Below are positions 1 through 9,877 of a stretch of DNA of 40,106 nucleotides, one piece after another. Position numbers and translations under genes: made by a program. A model generated the notes under the pieces. The model had not been told where the DNA came from. It searched no databases and worked only from the letters and a program-made list of their open reading frames with translations. Each line of letters begins with the position of its first letter. The stretch's first letter is position 1. The stretch is from Phenylobacterium sp. (lineage in GTDB: Bacteria > Pseudomonadota > Alphaproteobacteria > Caulobacterales > Caulobacteraceae): assembly GCA_046092925.1 (NCBI GenBank), contig JBJTEN010000050.1, forward strand, positions 1 through 40,106, read 5' to 3'.

Positions 1-1
1 G

Positions 2-961
2 TATTCGTTTGAGGCTGGCCGAGGCCGCCTGGAAGTGCTGCAGGTGCTGGCCGATCAGCAAGATCGGCAGGGTCATCATCCCGGCGTACTGCATGAACAT
101 GAAGACCGTGCCGATGGTCGCTTCGCCGCGCTGGAACAGCCAGACGCCCAGCGCCAGGGCGAGCCCGAAGCCGATGGAGAAGAGCCCGCTGGCGGTCAGG
201 AAGATCCAGTGGCCGCGCCGGGCGGCCGCGACGTTGGCGATCAGCAGCTCTGTGTTCACCTCCGCCATGCGCCGCATGACATGAGGACCGCCGCCATTGG
301 CGCGAACGTCGTCCAGGCCGGCGAGCCTCTCCTCAAGGAAACCCGAAAAGGCCGACCAAGCCTCGCGAAGCCTCTCCCATCGCCCGCCTGCGATCCGCCG
401 GATGGCGTGCAGGACCAGGCCCGCCACGACGGCAAAGCCGGTCAGCAGGGCGCCGATGCGCCAGTCCTGCAGGTAGAGCACGATGAGGATGCCGGCCAGC
501 AGCAGCGCGCCGCCGATGATCTGCAGGATGAACTGGGAGAAGAAGGCCGCCAGGGCCGCCACGTCGCCGTCCACCCGCTCGATCAGCTCCCCGGGCGAGC
601 GGGCGTTGTGAAAGGCCATGTCCAGCCCGAGGGCGTGTTCCGCCAGGTCCTGCCGCATGCGGTTGGTCGCCGACCACCCCAGCTGTTCGCTGAAATAGGT
701 GGAGCCGATCTGCAGAAGCTGGGCCAGGATGGTGACGGCGATGAACAGCCCGGCCAGCATCCACAGCTGCTCCAGGGGCGCCTCCGCGCCGCCCTGCGCG
801 GCGGTGTCGATAAAGCTCCGGATGATCAGGGGCGAGGCCAGCTGAACGGCCGTCCCCGCCACTAGGAACAGCGCCAGGGCCGTAAGCCTTCGCCCCTCCG
901 GTCGCAGGTAAACGGCCAGCACAGCTGCGCCGTCCGCCGGCTTCGCCGCCTCACGCCCCAC
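2..961 (-). CDS. ABC exporter, N-terminal transmembrane domain (partial, runs off the left edge)
   Basis: Not in the ORF track. Manual translation from GTG at 961 (GGGGAG about 9 nt upstream) gives MGREAAKPADGAAVLAVYLRP...LASPLIIRSFID...GWSATNRMRQDLAEHALGLDMAFHNARSPGELIERVDGDV...FLEERLAGLDDVRANG, a typical ABC_membrane domain that stays open to the window edge. Confidence 0.85.
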   Translation of the reverse strand, partial: MGREAAKPADGAAVLAVYLRPEGRRLTALALFLVAGTAVQLASPLIIRSFIDTAAQGGAEAPLEQLWMLAGLFIAVTILAQLLQIGSTYFSEQLGWSATNRMRQDLAEHALGLDMAFHNARSPGELIERVDGDVAALAAFFSQFILQIIGGALLLAGILIVLYLQDWRIGALLTGFAVVAGLVLHAIRRIAGGRWERLREAWSAFSGFLEERLAGLDDVRANGGGPHVMRRMAEVNTELLIANVAAARRGHWIFLTASGLFSIGFGLALALGVWLFQRGEATIGTVFMFMQYAGMMTLPILLIGQHLQHFQAASASLKRI

Positions 962-994
962 CTGAACGCACTCCCCGACTGGAACCCGAAGGTG

Positions 995-1807
995 TCAACG
1001 CCCCGTGAACCTCGCTGGTCGCTTTTCGAGGAAGTGGGCGACACCCTCTCTGAAGTCCTCGGACTTCAGGCTCGTCGCCATGTCGGCATTGGCGTCGACA
1101 ATGGCCTCGGCCAGGGTCTGGAAGGGGCTGTTCCACAGCTCGCGCTTCATCACCGCCAGCGACCGGGGCGAGACCTCGCTGGCCAGCATGCGGGCGTAGG
1201 CCAAGACCTCCTCGCGGAAGCTCGCGGCCGGGAAGACCCGGTTGACCAGGCCGATCCGCAGGGCCTCGGCGGCGTCCACCCGGCGGGCCGAGTAGAGAAG
1301 GTCCGCAGCATTGGCCATGCCGACGATCCTTGGAAGCAGCCAGGACATCCCGTGCTCGGCGATCAGTCCGCGCCGGGAGAAGGCTGTCGTGAAGACCGCC
1401 CCGTCCGCCGCGAAACGGATGTCGGTGTAGAGGGCCATGACCATGCCCAGGCCGGCGCAGGCGCCGTTGATGGCCCCCAGGATCGGCTTTGGTACGGCCG
1501 GGAAGTAGGCGTACTGCAGGCGGAAGTCCGGGCGCGAGGCGGGGTCGAAGGCGTCGGGCGCCCCGCCGCCCGTTCCCCCAGCGGATACGGCGCCCTGCAG
1601 GACGTCCATGTCCGCCCCGGCGCAGAAGCCGCGCCCGGCGCCGGTCAGGACGATGACCTTGACGGCAGGATCGTCCGAGGCCTCGCGCATGGCCCGCCGG
1701 AGCTCGGCTTCCATCACGCCGCGCCAGGCGTTCAGGCGATCGGGGCGATTGAGGGTGACCGTCGCCACCCCGGCCTCCACCTCGTAGAGGATGTCCTCGT
1801 AGGCCAT
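995..1807 (-). CDS. Enoyl-CoA hydratase/isomerase (crotonase) family protein
   Basis: Motifs TLNRPDRLNA, GAGRGFCAGAD, KPILGAINGACAG and C-terminal FLEKRPARFTGR. Confidence 0.92.
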   Translation of the reverse strand: MAYEDILYEVEAGVATVTLNRPDRLNAWRGVMEAELRRAMREASDDPAVKVIVLTGAGRGFCAGADMDVLQGAVSAGGTGGGAPDAFDPASRPDFRLQYAYFPAVPKPILGAINGACAGLGMVMALYTDIRFAADGAVFTTAFSRRGLIAEHGMSWLLPRIVGMANAADLLYSARRVDAAEALRIGLVNRVFPAASFREEVLAYARMLASEVSPRSLAVMKRELWNSPFQTLAEAIVDANADMATSLKSEDFREGVAHFLEKRPARFTGR

Positions 1808-1839
1808 GTCGGCCAGTCCGGGGCCCGGGCCCCGCTCCC

Positions 1840-2430
1840 TCAGCCTTCCTTGCGGCGGTAGATCGAGCGCTTCGGCTGGGCCGTCACGCGGTGGATCATG
1901 GGCTCGAAGGCCGACAGGGGCATGGACTCATACCCCGGATCGAAGCTGTTCTGGTCGTAGAGGTGGCAGAACTGAGCCGTATACTCGAACCAGGGGTGGC
2001 CCCGGTATTCGTCGCGCATGTCGCGGTCCAGGCCCAGGTGGTGGAAGAAGTAGTAGCCCTGGAAGATCCCGTGCTTGTCCATCATCCAGTAGTTCTGCTC
2101 GGAGATGTAGGGTTTCAGGATCATGGCCCCCAGCTCGGCGTGGTTGGACGGCGCCAGGATGTCGCCCACATCGTGCAGCAGGGCGCAGACCACATATTCC
2201 TCATCCCGTCCGTCCCGGTAGGCGCGGGAGGCGGTCTGGAGGGAATGCTCCAGGCGCGTCACAGCGAAGCCGCCTGCGTCTTCCTCGAGCATTTTCAGGT
2301 GGGCGATCAACCGGTTGGGGAATTCGCGGTTGAAGGGGGCTCCGGCCTGGCTGATGGCCGCCCAGTCCTCGGCCGTGCCGTCGAGCATGGCGTGGAACTT
2401 CGCCTTCATCTGGATTTCACCGTCCGCCAT
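1840..2430 (-). CDS. HD-domain metalloprotein with PhnZ/MIOX-like ligand set
   Basis: EHSLQTA (H62), LLHDVGD (H86, D87), NH (H97), KH (H120), YDQ (D159). GGGAGG RBS upstream. Confidence 0.85.
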   Translation of the reverse strand: MADGEIQMKAKFHAMLDGTAEDWAAISQAGAPFNREFPNRLIAHLKMLEEDAGGFAVTRLEHSLQTASRAYRDGRDEEYVVCALLHDVGDILAPSNHAELGAMILKPYISEQNYWMMDKHGIFQGYYFFHHLGLDRDMRDEYRGHPWFEYTAQFCHLYDQNSFDPGYESMPLSAFEPMIHRVTAQPKRSIYRRKEG

Positions 2431-2474
2431 GTCGGCCTCCCTGCCCTGGCCGCCGGATGTGGTTCCGGCCTTTT

Positions 2475-2490
2475 TGATGGGCCGGTATCC
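2475..2490. promoter_or_regulatory. Candidate operator TGATGGGCCGGTATCC overlapping the predicted HD-gene promoter
   Basis: Matches T[GC]A-N7-GTAT[CG]. A minus-strand TTGACA (2510-2515)-N17-CAGGAT overlaps its edge. Confidence 0.5.
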
Positions 2491-2511
2491 TGAGCCCCGC
2501 CCCGTGAGGTG

Positions 2512-3423
2512 TCAACGCGCCGAAGCCGTTTCAGAATCCCTTCGCACCCGGGGGAAGGGGCGCTCTGCGCGGACATAGGGGAACTCGTCGGCGAAGCCGC
2601 ACAGGGCGGCGAAGGTCGGCGGATCTGCGCAGTCCTCGGCCAGCTCCCGGGGGAAGCCGTTACGGAACTCCTCCTGCGGCAGGGTCATCATGTGGCGGTA
2701 GTAGTTGGCCACCATCAGGCGCATGCCGGGGGCCGTGCGCGGGAAGGCCCCGTGCCAGGTCGCGCCGTGGAACATGATCAGCGAGCCCCTGGGGCAGATC
2801 ACCGGCTCGGCCCGTCGGGTGGCCCCGGGCTGCAGGGGCTGGGAGACCGACCGGTGCGAGCCCCGGACAAAGGCGAGGGGTCCGGCCTCGAGGGTATAGT
2901 CGGTCAGGGTCCAGTTGCTGTTCGCCGCCAGGGCCGTGCGGCCCCAGGGCTGGGGCGAGGCGCCCTGGTCGGCGTGCAGCCCGAGGTTCGGGCCGTAGCC
3001 GTACTCGCCCCGCCACTTGATGAAGGCGTTGTGGCTCGAGAACCGGGTCTCGCGGAGGCCGATCATGTAGCGCGCCAGGGCTACGGCGACGGGATTGACC
3101 GCCAGGTCCCGGAACAGGCGGTGGCCGCGGGCCAGCTGGGGCAGCAGGAACTGGGTGTTCTCTCCGCCCCGCTCGCCCAGCCGGGTCGCCCCGTCGGGAA
3201 CCTCGACCTCCGCCTCGGGGCCGTCCGCCAGGGTGAAACGGCAGCCGACGATCCGCTCGCTGGCCTCGAGCAGCCAGTCGGCCATGGCGTCGAAGGCCTC
3301 CAGGGGAACCCCGTGGACCTCCGGCGGCACGACGGTCAGGCCGTCGATCTCCAGCTCAAGGACGTAGGGCTCCAGGCCCAAGCTGCGGACCAGACCGGTG
3401 CGGCTGGATTCGGTGCTCTGCAT
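2512..3423 (-). CDS. Phytanoyl-CoA dioxygenase (PhyH) family Fe(II)/2-oxoglutarate dioxygenase
   Basis: HxD (LHADQ), WTLTDYTLEAGP...GSH, distal His (TWHGA) and Arg (PGMR). Start at ATG 3423 is my choice; the ORF track extends to 3486. Confidence 0.85.
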   Translation of the reverse strand: MQSTESSRTGLVRSLGLEPYVLELEIDGLTVVPPEVHGVPLEAFDAMADWLLEASERIVGCRFTLADGPEAEVEVPDGATRLGERGGENTQFLLPQLARGHRLFRDLAVNPVAVALARYMIGLRETRFSSHNAFIKWRGEYGYGPNLGLHADQGASPQPWGRTALAANSNWTLTDYTLEAGPLAFVRGSHRSVSQPLQPGATRRAEPVICPRGSLIMFHGATWHGAFPRTAPGMRLMVANYYRHMMTLPQEEFRNGFPRELAEDCADPPTFAALCGFADEFPYVRAERPFPRVRRDSETASAR

Positions 3424-3537
3424 GGTGTCGAGCCTTGCCCCCCTTGACTTTCGCGGTAAGCTCTCGCGACGAAGCCCGCCGGTCAAGGATCAGCCCGCCC
3501 CCCTCGTGGCCGTCGGCGACGGCCGGACGCCCCAAGG

Positions 3538-3569
3538 AAAACGCCGCCCCCCGTTTCCGGGAGGCGGCG
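3538..3569 (-). terminator. Rho-independent terminator after TBDR1
   Basis: Minus strand reads CGCCGCCTCCC-GGAAAC-GGGGGGCGGCG-TTTT, about 25 nt after the stop codon. Confidence 0.8.
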
Positions 3570-3593
3570 CACCTGAATCCTCGGAGGAGGGGA

Positions 3594-6461
3594 TCAGAAC
3601 TTCTTGGAGGCCCCGACCTTCAGCGTGCGGCCGAAGGCGCGACCCGTATAGGGGTCGAAGTTGGTCTCGAAGCGAGCGAACGGGGCGCCCTCGTCGAACA
3701 GGTCAATGACCGAGGCGGTGATCGTCAGGTCATTGTCGCCCTTCCACCGATAGTGGAGGTCCTGCTGCAGGCTGGGGTCGATGGTCCGTCCCCGGTTCAG
3801 CGCCGGCGCCGCCAGGAAGATGTTTCCGGCCGCCGCCGAAGGCAGGTCGCCCCGCTCGTCGCGATAGTCGGTCGTGTAGCGAACCACCCAGCGAAGGTTG
3901 TGCGCATCCCGAGTGTACTCGACGAAGCCATTGGCCTTCCACTGCGGCATGGGTCGGATGTAGCCGACCGTCCGGTTGAAGCGGCCCACAGCGTCGAACG
4001 GCGCTGCGATCTGGACGCCGTTGATCACCAGGGCGTCCACCTTATACTCGAGCACATAGCTGGCGTCGCCGCCCACCGTCACAGTGGCGCCCGCGAAAAC
4101 GTCGGGGAGCGTGTACTCGGCGGAGGCGTCGATGCCGCGGGTCTTCACGTCGGGGCCATTGGCGATGTTGACGCGAATGCGCTCGAAGGTCGCGGCCGTC
4201 GGCGGATTGGCCGAGAAGGTGACCCGGTTCGCAAACGGCGACCCGGTGGGGTTGGCGAGCACATTGGCCAGCAGCGGACCGAACGGCTCAACGATGATCG
4301 GGTCCTTGAAGTCGAAGCTCCAGAAGTCGATCGAGCCCTTGAACTCGCCCCGGGTGAACACCGCTCCGACGTTGAAGGTCGTGGCCGTTTCCGGATCCAG
4401 AGCCGGATTGCCGAAGGTGTCGATCGCCTTGAACGCGCTGGCCTGCGGCACGAAGGACAGGGTCGTGAACTGGCCGCTGAGCTGGTTCAGGGAGGGACCG
4501 CGGAACGTCGTACCGGCCGATCCCCGCAGCACCAGGCCATCGGTCGGCTCGAAGCGGACAGACAGCTTGGGGTTGGTCGTGGAGCCCGTCTGGCCACCGT
4601 AATCCTCGAAGCGGAGGGCGACTTGCGCCTCGAGCTTCTCGGAGAACGGAAGGTTCAGTTCGGTGAACACGCCCCACACGTTGCGATCGACGTCGACCGG
4701 GTTCGTCGGGCCGAGGAAGCCGAACACGCCGGTCTTCGACGTACAGGTGGTCTGGCCGGGAACCGGGCACGGGTTCTTCGTGAAGTCCGCGTTGTCATTC
4801 GGATCCAGGGTGTAGGCGTCGGTCCGGTACTGGAAGCCCACAGCGAACGCCACATTCCCGCCGCCGAGTTCGAAGCCGGTTTCGCCGTCCACGACCGCGT
4901 CAAACACCGTGACCTTGGTGGTGGCCTCAGTGGCGGAGGCGCCGACAAGCCAGTTGGCGAGCGCTGCGGTGTTCTCTGTCGACGCCACGAAGTTGGGGTT
5001 CGGGCTCGATGAGAAGGCCCCTTGCTTGATGGCGGTCGAGAAGGGGTTGTAGTACAGGCATCCGTTGGCCCCGGGCGTCGTTCCCGTGCAGTTCGGGCCT
5101 CCCAGTCCGCCGAGAGCGCGGTTGAACCGATCCACAAAGGTGTCGTTGGTCGAGCGCTTGCCGACGTCCTGCATGTGCGTGAAGGCGAGATCCCAGCCCC
5201 AGCCGTTCTCGAACTCGCCCTTCAGGCCGGCCGAGATCCGATAGGCCTCGTAGGAGCGGCCGCCCACCTGCGCCCCGCCGGTCCCGGGGAAGCCGCCCCA
5301 GCCGAAGGAGCGCCCTGTCCAGAGCACCGCCGGCGCCGTGGCGAGCCAGGGGTTCGCGGTGACGAGCGAGGGGAACTGGCCGAGGAGGGCCTGGAAGCCC
5401 GGGTGCGACGTCGGAACGACGATGACCGGCCGCTGTGGCGGATAGGAGGGCGAGGTCTTCCATTTCGGAACGTCGGTGTTCGCGTACAGGACCTCGACAT
5501 GGGCTTCCATGCCGTTGTCGAACTGGTGATTCAGCTCGGAGAAGATCTGGTAGCGGGTTTCTTCCTCGACGAGGTTGTCGAAGGGAATGAAGCGGAACTG
5601 GCATGCGCCGTTGGCGATGGTGCCGCCCACGTTGGTGCAGCCGGGATCGACGATGTTGAGGGTTCCCGGCGCGGACGCGCCGACCGTCAACGCGTTCAGG
5701 ATCCGTCCCGGGTTGCCGGTGGCGGAGTAGCCGGACTGGGGGTTGTCGGCGAACGCCACCTTGGCGACGTCGACGTCCTGGAAGCTGGTCTCAGACCGGA
5801 AATTGTATCCGACCGTCGTCACCCAGCTGGTGTTCTCCCCCTGCCAGCCATAGGCGAGGGAGGCGTTCCATTCCCCGTCGGATCCATCAAAGGTCGAGTA
5901 ATCGGCGCTGGCGACCAGGCCGGAGAGCCGGCGGTTGGTGATGAAGTTCACCACGCCTGCAATGGCGTCAGACCCGTAAAGGGCGGCTGCGCCGTCCTTC
6001 AGAATCTCGACTCTCCCGATCGCCGCTGCGGGGATCAGGTTGGTGTCCACGAAGGTCTGGGCGCTCTCGGCGATGCCGTAGGGCGCAGACACCATGCGGC
6101 GGCCGTTCAGCAGCACCAGGGTGCGCGCCGGGCCGAGGCCGCGAAGGTTCACATTGCTCAGGCCTTCGAGGCCGTTGGAAGAGAACTGGTTCGTCTCGCC
6201 GTCGGTGCCGCTCGACACGCCGAGCGTCTTGATCAGGTCCTTGATGGTCGGCGCGCCGCTCTTCTGCAGCTCATCTGAGGTCAGAACATCGACCGGCAGG
6301 GCCGCATCCTCGGGCGTGCCGCGAATAAAGGAGCCAGTGACCACGACCTCTTCAACGGTCGCTGGATTGGCGTCCTGTGCGTGTACGGAGCTCGCCGACA
6401 TAAGACCCGCGGCGACTGCAACCGCGAACGCTGACGCGCCACAAAAGAAACGACTCCTCAT
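3594..6461 (-). CDS. TonB-dependent receptor (TBDR1, about 955 aa)
   Basis: Signal peptide MRSRFFCG...VHA-Q, TonB box VEEVVVTGS, plug motifs NLRGLG..RTLVLLNGRR and IGRVEILKDGAAALYGSDAIAGVVNFIT, C-terminal Phe. GGGAG RBS before ATG 6461. Confidence 0.93.
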   Translation of the reverse strand: MRSRFFCGASAFAVAVAAGLMSASSVHAQDANPATVEEVVVTGSFIRGTPEDAALPVDVLTSDELQKSGAPTIKDLIKTLGVSSGTDGETNQFSSNGLEGLSNVNLRGLGPARTLVLLNGRRMVSAPYGIAESAQTFVDTNLIPAAAIGRVEILKDGAAALYGSDAIAGVVNFITNRRLSGLVASADYSTFDGSDGEWNASLAYGWQGENTSWVTTVGYNFRSETSFQDVDVAKVAFADNPQSGYSATGNPGRILNALTVGASAPGTLNIVDPGCTNVGGTIANGACQFRFIPFDNLVEEETRYQIFSELNHQFDNGMEAHVEVLYANTDVPKWKTSPSYPPQRPVIVVPTSHPGFQALLGQFPSLVTANPWLATAPAVLWTGRSFGWGGFPGTGGAQVGGRSYEAYRISAGLKGEFENGWGWDLAFTHMQDVGKRSTNDTFVDRFNRALGGLGGPNCTGTTPGANGCLYYNPFSTAIKQGAFSSSPNPNFVASTENTAALANWLVGASATEATTKVTVFDAVVDGETGFELGGGNVAFAVGFQYRTDAYTLDPNDNADFTKNPCPVPGQTTCTSKTGVFGFLGPTNPVDVDRNVWGVFTELNLPFSEKLEAQVALRFEDYGGQTGSTTNPKLSVRFEPTDGLVLRGSAGTTFRGPSLNQLSGQFTTLSFVPQASAFKAIDTFGNPALDPETATTFNVGAVFTRGEFKGSIDFWSFDFKDPIIVEPFGPLLANVLANPTGSPFANRVTFSANPPTAATFERIRVNIANGPDVKTRGIDASAEYTLPDVFAGATVTVGGDASYVLEYKVDALVINGVQIAAPFDAVGRFNRTVGYIRPMPQWKANGFVEYTRDAHNLRWVVRYTTDYRDERGDLPSAAAGNIFLAAPALNRGRTIDPSLQQDLHYRWKGDNDLTITASVIDLFDEGAPFARFETNFDPYTGRAFGRTLKVGASKKF

Positions 6462-6667
6462 CGTGCTCTCTCTCCCTGCGCCGGCGGCCTGATTGCCTGA
6501 ATAGCCCGGCGCCTTCGGGTTACAGATTGCCCGGTCTGCGACGCAAAGCCTATGACATATTTGCCACAATTCGGGACGCTCTGCGCTGCGGCGTCCAATC
6601 AAGCGACTCTGGGTGCGTTGCACGCAGATCGGGGGTCCGCCTGCTCGTTTTGGAGGCCCCGCCAAGG

Positions 6668-6700
6668 AAGAAGCGCCGCCCCCGTCTCCAGGGGCGGCGC
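6668..6700 (-). terminator. Rho-independent terminator after TBDR2
   Basis: Minus strand reads GCGCCGCCCC-TGGAGACG-GGGGCGGCGC-TTCTT, similar to the TBDR1 terminator. Confidence 0.75.
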
Positions 6701-6723
6701 GCCTTAAGTCCAGGAGCGTCGGA

Positions 6724-9700
6724 TCAGAACTTCTTGGTGAAGCCGACCTCGAAGGTCCGGCCCAGGGGATTCCCCTGGGTGTAGTCGTAGTTGTATTGGC
6801 TCGGCGCATAAGGCGGGTCCGAGTCGAAGACGTTCTGAAGGCTCGCCGTCAGGGTCGTGCCCCAGGGCGCTTCCCAGCGGACGACCATGTCATGCTGCCA
6901 GAAGTCGTCGGACTTGCCGACCGGCTTCAGGTCGCGGCCGGCGCAGGAAGAGGTCGTGCAGCCGGTCGTGGTGGTGGCCGAGGCGTTGGGAACCGTGATG
7001 AACAGGGGCGAGCCGAAGGCGGGCGAGGCGCCTTCGGCGTACCGCAGCTGCCAGCGCACCGAGACCGGTCCGTTGACATAGGCGACATAGGCGTTCCCCT
7101 TGATCTTCGGATACGAGAAGAAGTCGTTCACCAGGTCGCTGAGGCCGGCCCGGTCCTCGCCAGGCGCGATCTCGATCGGGGCTTCCTTCAGCTTCACGGC
7201 CCCCCGCTTGTACTCGAGCAGGTAGGTGGCCTCGAAGCCGGTCGACCAGGCGCCGTCGAACCAGCCTTCCCAGTCATACTGGGCGCGCATCTCGAGTCCG
7301 GAGGTTTCGGTGCCGGGCCCGTTGACGACGAAGCTCTTCAGCCTCGCCACATTGCCGGCGCCGCAGGTTCCGGCGAAGGTGAAGCGCGACTGCAGGGCCG
7401 CGAAGGCGGGATTTCCGCAGTTCACATTCGAGCCGCCGGGGAACATGGTGGCGTAGAGCCGGCCGCCGCTTTCCTCCGTCAGCTCATCCTTGAACTTGAA
7501 GTTGAAGTAGTCGACCGTCGCGGTCAGGGCTCCGACCTCGAAGATCGCCCCGATGTTGAAGGTGTCGGCCTTTTCCGGCTTCAGCTCCGGATTGCCGCAG
7601 CTCTGGAACGCCCGGTAGCCGCCGCCAAGGACGCGCACGCCATTGTTGCACTGGGTGCGGACAAGGCCGGGGCCGGGTGCGCGGAAGGTGGTGGAGACCG
7701 ATCCGCGAAGGGCCAGCCAGTCCATCGCCTGCCACCGGGCCGTCAGCTTGGGGTTGGTCGTCGAACCGATATTGCCCTGATAGGCCTCGTGCCGGATGGC
7801 GAAGTTCAGGTTCAGCGCATCGGTCACCGGCGCCTGGACCTCCGCGAAGACCGCCTGCACGTTGGCGTCGTCGTCGCGGTTGGTGTTGGACCCGAAGAAC
7901 TGCAGCGGGCCGGTTTCGTCCGCGCAGGCCGGGCGGTCCGGGCAGGGGTTCTCGTCGGAATTGAAGAAGGCACCGTAGTTCCGCACTTCCTGGTTGTAGC
8001 GGTACTGGACGCCGGCCGCCCAGTCGACCCCGCCGCCCGGCAGCTCGAAACCGGTCGATCCGGAGAAGACCGCGTCCAGGACCAGCAGGCGGTTGGTCAG
8101 GACGTTGTTGTAGGGGCCATAGAGCCAGCCCACCACATTGGGGTTGTTGGCGACCGCGGCGTTGAAGAAGGGGTTGGCGGCGCCATTCACCGCGCTGCGG
8201 GCCACGCCGTTGGTGAAGGGGTTGAAGTAGAAGCAGCCCAGGGCCGCATTCCCAGCGTTGGTGGTGAAGTTGTTGGTCTCGGCCGCGGTGCAGGCGTCGT
8301 TGTTGTTCACCCGGCTGCCATACCCCGCAGGGCCAGCTGCAGGCGCTCCACCAGGATGTCCGTCGTGTAGGACGAGTTCTTCTGCTCCATGAAGGTGACG
8401 GCGGTGTCGTACTTGATGGAGTCGAAGATCGTGCCCTTGAGGCTGGCGGAGACCCGGAAGCCGTCATTCACGATCGACTGGTGGTCCGCCCCGTCGGGGA
8501 ACAGCGGATGGCCGGCGAAGGCCACGGCCCGCCAGCCCAGCTGGGAGATGTCCAGCCCGCGGGTGATCCCCTGGCCCGGATAGGCCGGGTTGGCCGAATT
8601 GGCGCCGGCGCTGATGGCGGCGCACTGGGCCGCTGTCAGGGGCGCCCGGCACTCGCTGAGCAGGGCGAGGAGGCCCGGATGGTTGGCCGGCACGTTGAAG
8701 GGCACCGACAGGTTGGGGCCGATCGGCGTCGCCGGAGAGAAGGAGGTGCCGCCGATGCTGACCGGGGACGGATACTGGGCCGTCAGGTTGGCCGGCGAGA
8801 TCCGCTGCATGGGGATGTCGTTCTTCGTCCACGCCACTTCGCCGTGGAACGACATGGTGTCCGACAGTTCGAAGTTCACCTCGCCATAGAGCTGATAGTG
8901 ATCCTCCTCGTTCACCAGGTCGTTGAAGTTGGCGAACTGGAACCGGCAGTTGGAGCCCGCGGTGGCGGGGCTCTGCGCGCTGACGGGCACGGCGATGGTG
9001 GCCGTGGCGCCCTGTCCCAGCGTGCCGTTCAGCGGGTTGGGGAAGGTGACGTTGTTGGTCAGGGTACCGCCGAGCTCTGCGCACCCGTTGTCGCGGAAGG
9101 TGGTGCCCGCCACGCCGGCCACGCCGAAGAAGCCGGGATTGGAGGCGCCGGTGAAGCCGCTGGCGCCGGCATAGCCGGCGAAGTCAAAGGACCTGAGGGC
9201 CCAGTCGCGCTCCTTGATGTCCAGACGGGACCGGTGCCGGTATCCCGCGGTCAGAAGGATGTTGCCGTTGTCGAACCTCTGGCCCCAGGCCACATTGGCG
9301 CTGTAGTCGCCGTCCGAGCCGTCGATCAGGGCGTACTCCCCGTCGACCTCGAAGCCGTCGAGGTCCCGGCGCGTGATGAAGTTCACGACCCCGCCGATGG
9401 CGTCGGAGCCATAAGTGGCGGCTGCGCCGTCCTTCAGGATCTCGATCCGGCCGACGGCGGCCGTGGGGATGAAGTTGAGGTTGGCGCCGCCGCCCTGGAA
9501 GGCCGCCGCGGGGCTGTCCGCCAGCCGCCGGCCGTTCATCAGGGTCAGGGTCCGCGCTGCGCCGAAGCCGCGGAGGTTGATCGTCGCCGTACCGGCGCCG
9601 CCATTGTAGCGGTTGGACTCACCCAGGGAGGACTGGGACGCGGTGATCGTCTTGACCAGCTGAACGACGGTGGGCGCGCCCTGCGCCTTCAGCTCTTCCT

Positions 9701-9877
9701 GGGACAGGACATCGACCGGAAGGGCGGCGTTCTCCGGGGTGCCGGCGATGAACGAGCCGGTGATCACCACTTCCTCGACCTATTGGACCGGGAATCCTGG
9801 GCCTGTGCTGCGCCAGCGCCCAGCAGGCCCAGGGCCACCGCGACCGCGGACGCGCCGCACAGATACGCACTCTTCAT
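6724..9877 (-). pseudogene. TonB-dependent receptor (TBDR2) interrupted by two 1-nt deletions (pseudogene or sequencing error); about 1051 aa if restored
   Basis: ATG 9877 (GGGGAGG RBS) encodes signal peptide [27 protein letters not shown]. The frame breaks at about 9781 (AAT AG GTC GAG GAA GTG GTG ATC ACC) just before the TonB box and again at about 8323 (CTG CGG GG TAT GGC AGC CGG GTG AAC). The pieces match ORFs 8307-9770 and 6724-8310 and end in GFTKKF. Confidence 0.82.

Noticed and set aside
6462-6809. 116-aa N-terminal extension of TBDR1 in the ORF track (possible signalling domain)
   Set aside because: It spans a terminator and the end of TBDR2. A good RBS and signal peptide start at 6461.
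8307-8310. TBDR2 as a naturally split two-gene receptor, or programmed frameshifting or phase variation
   Set aside because: Neither half has its own signal peptide, homology continues across the junction with one base added, there is no slippery heptamer, and a G4 run is short for phase variation.
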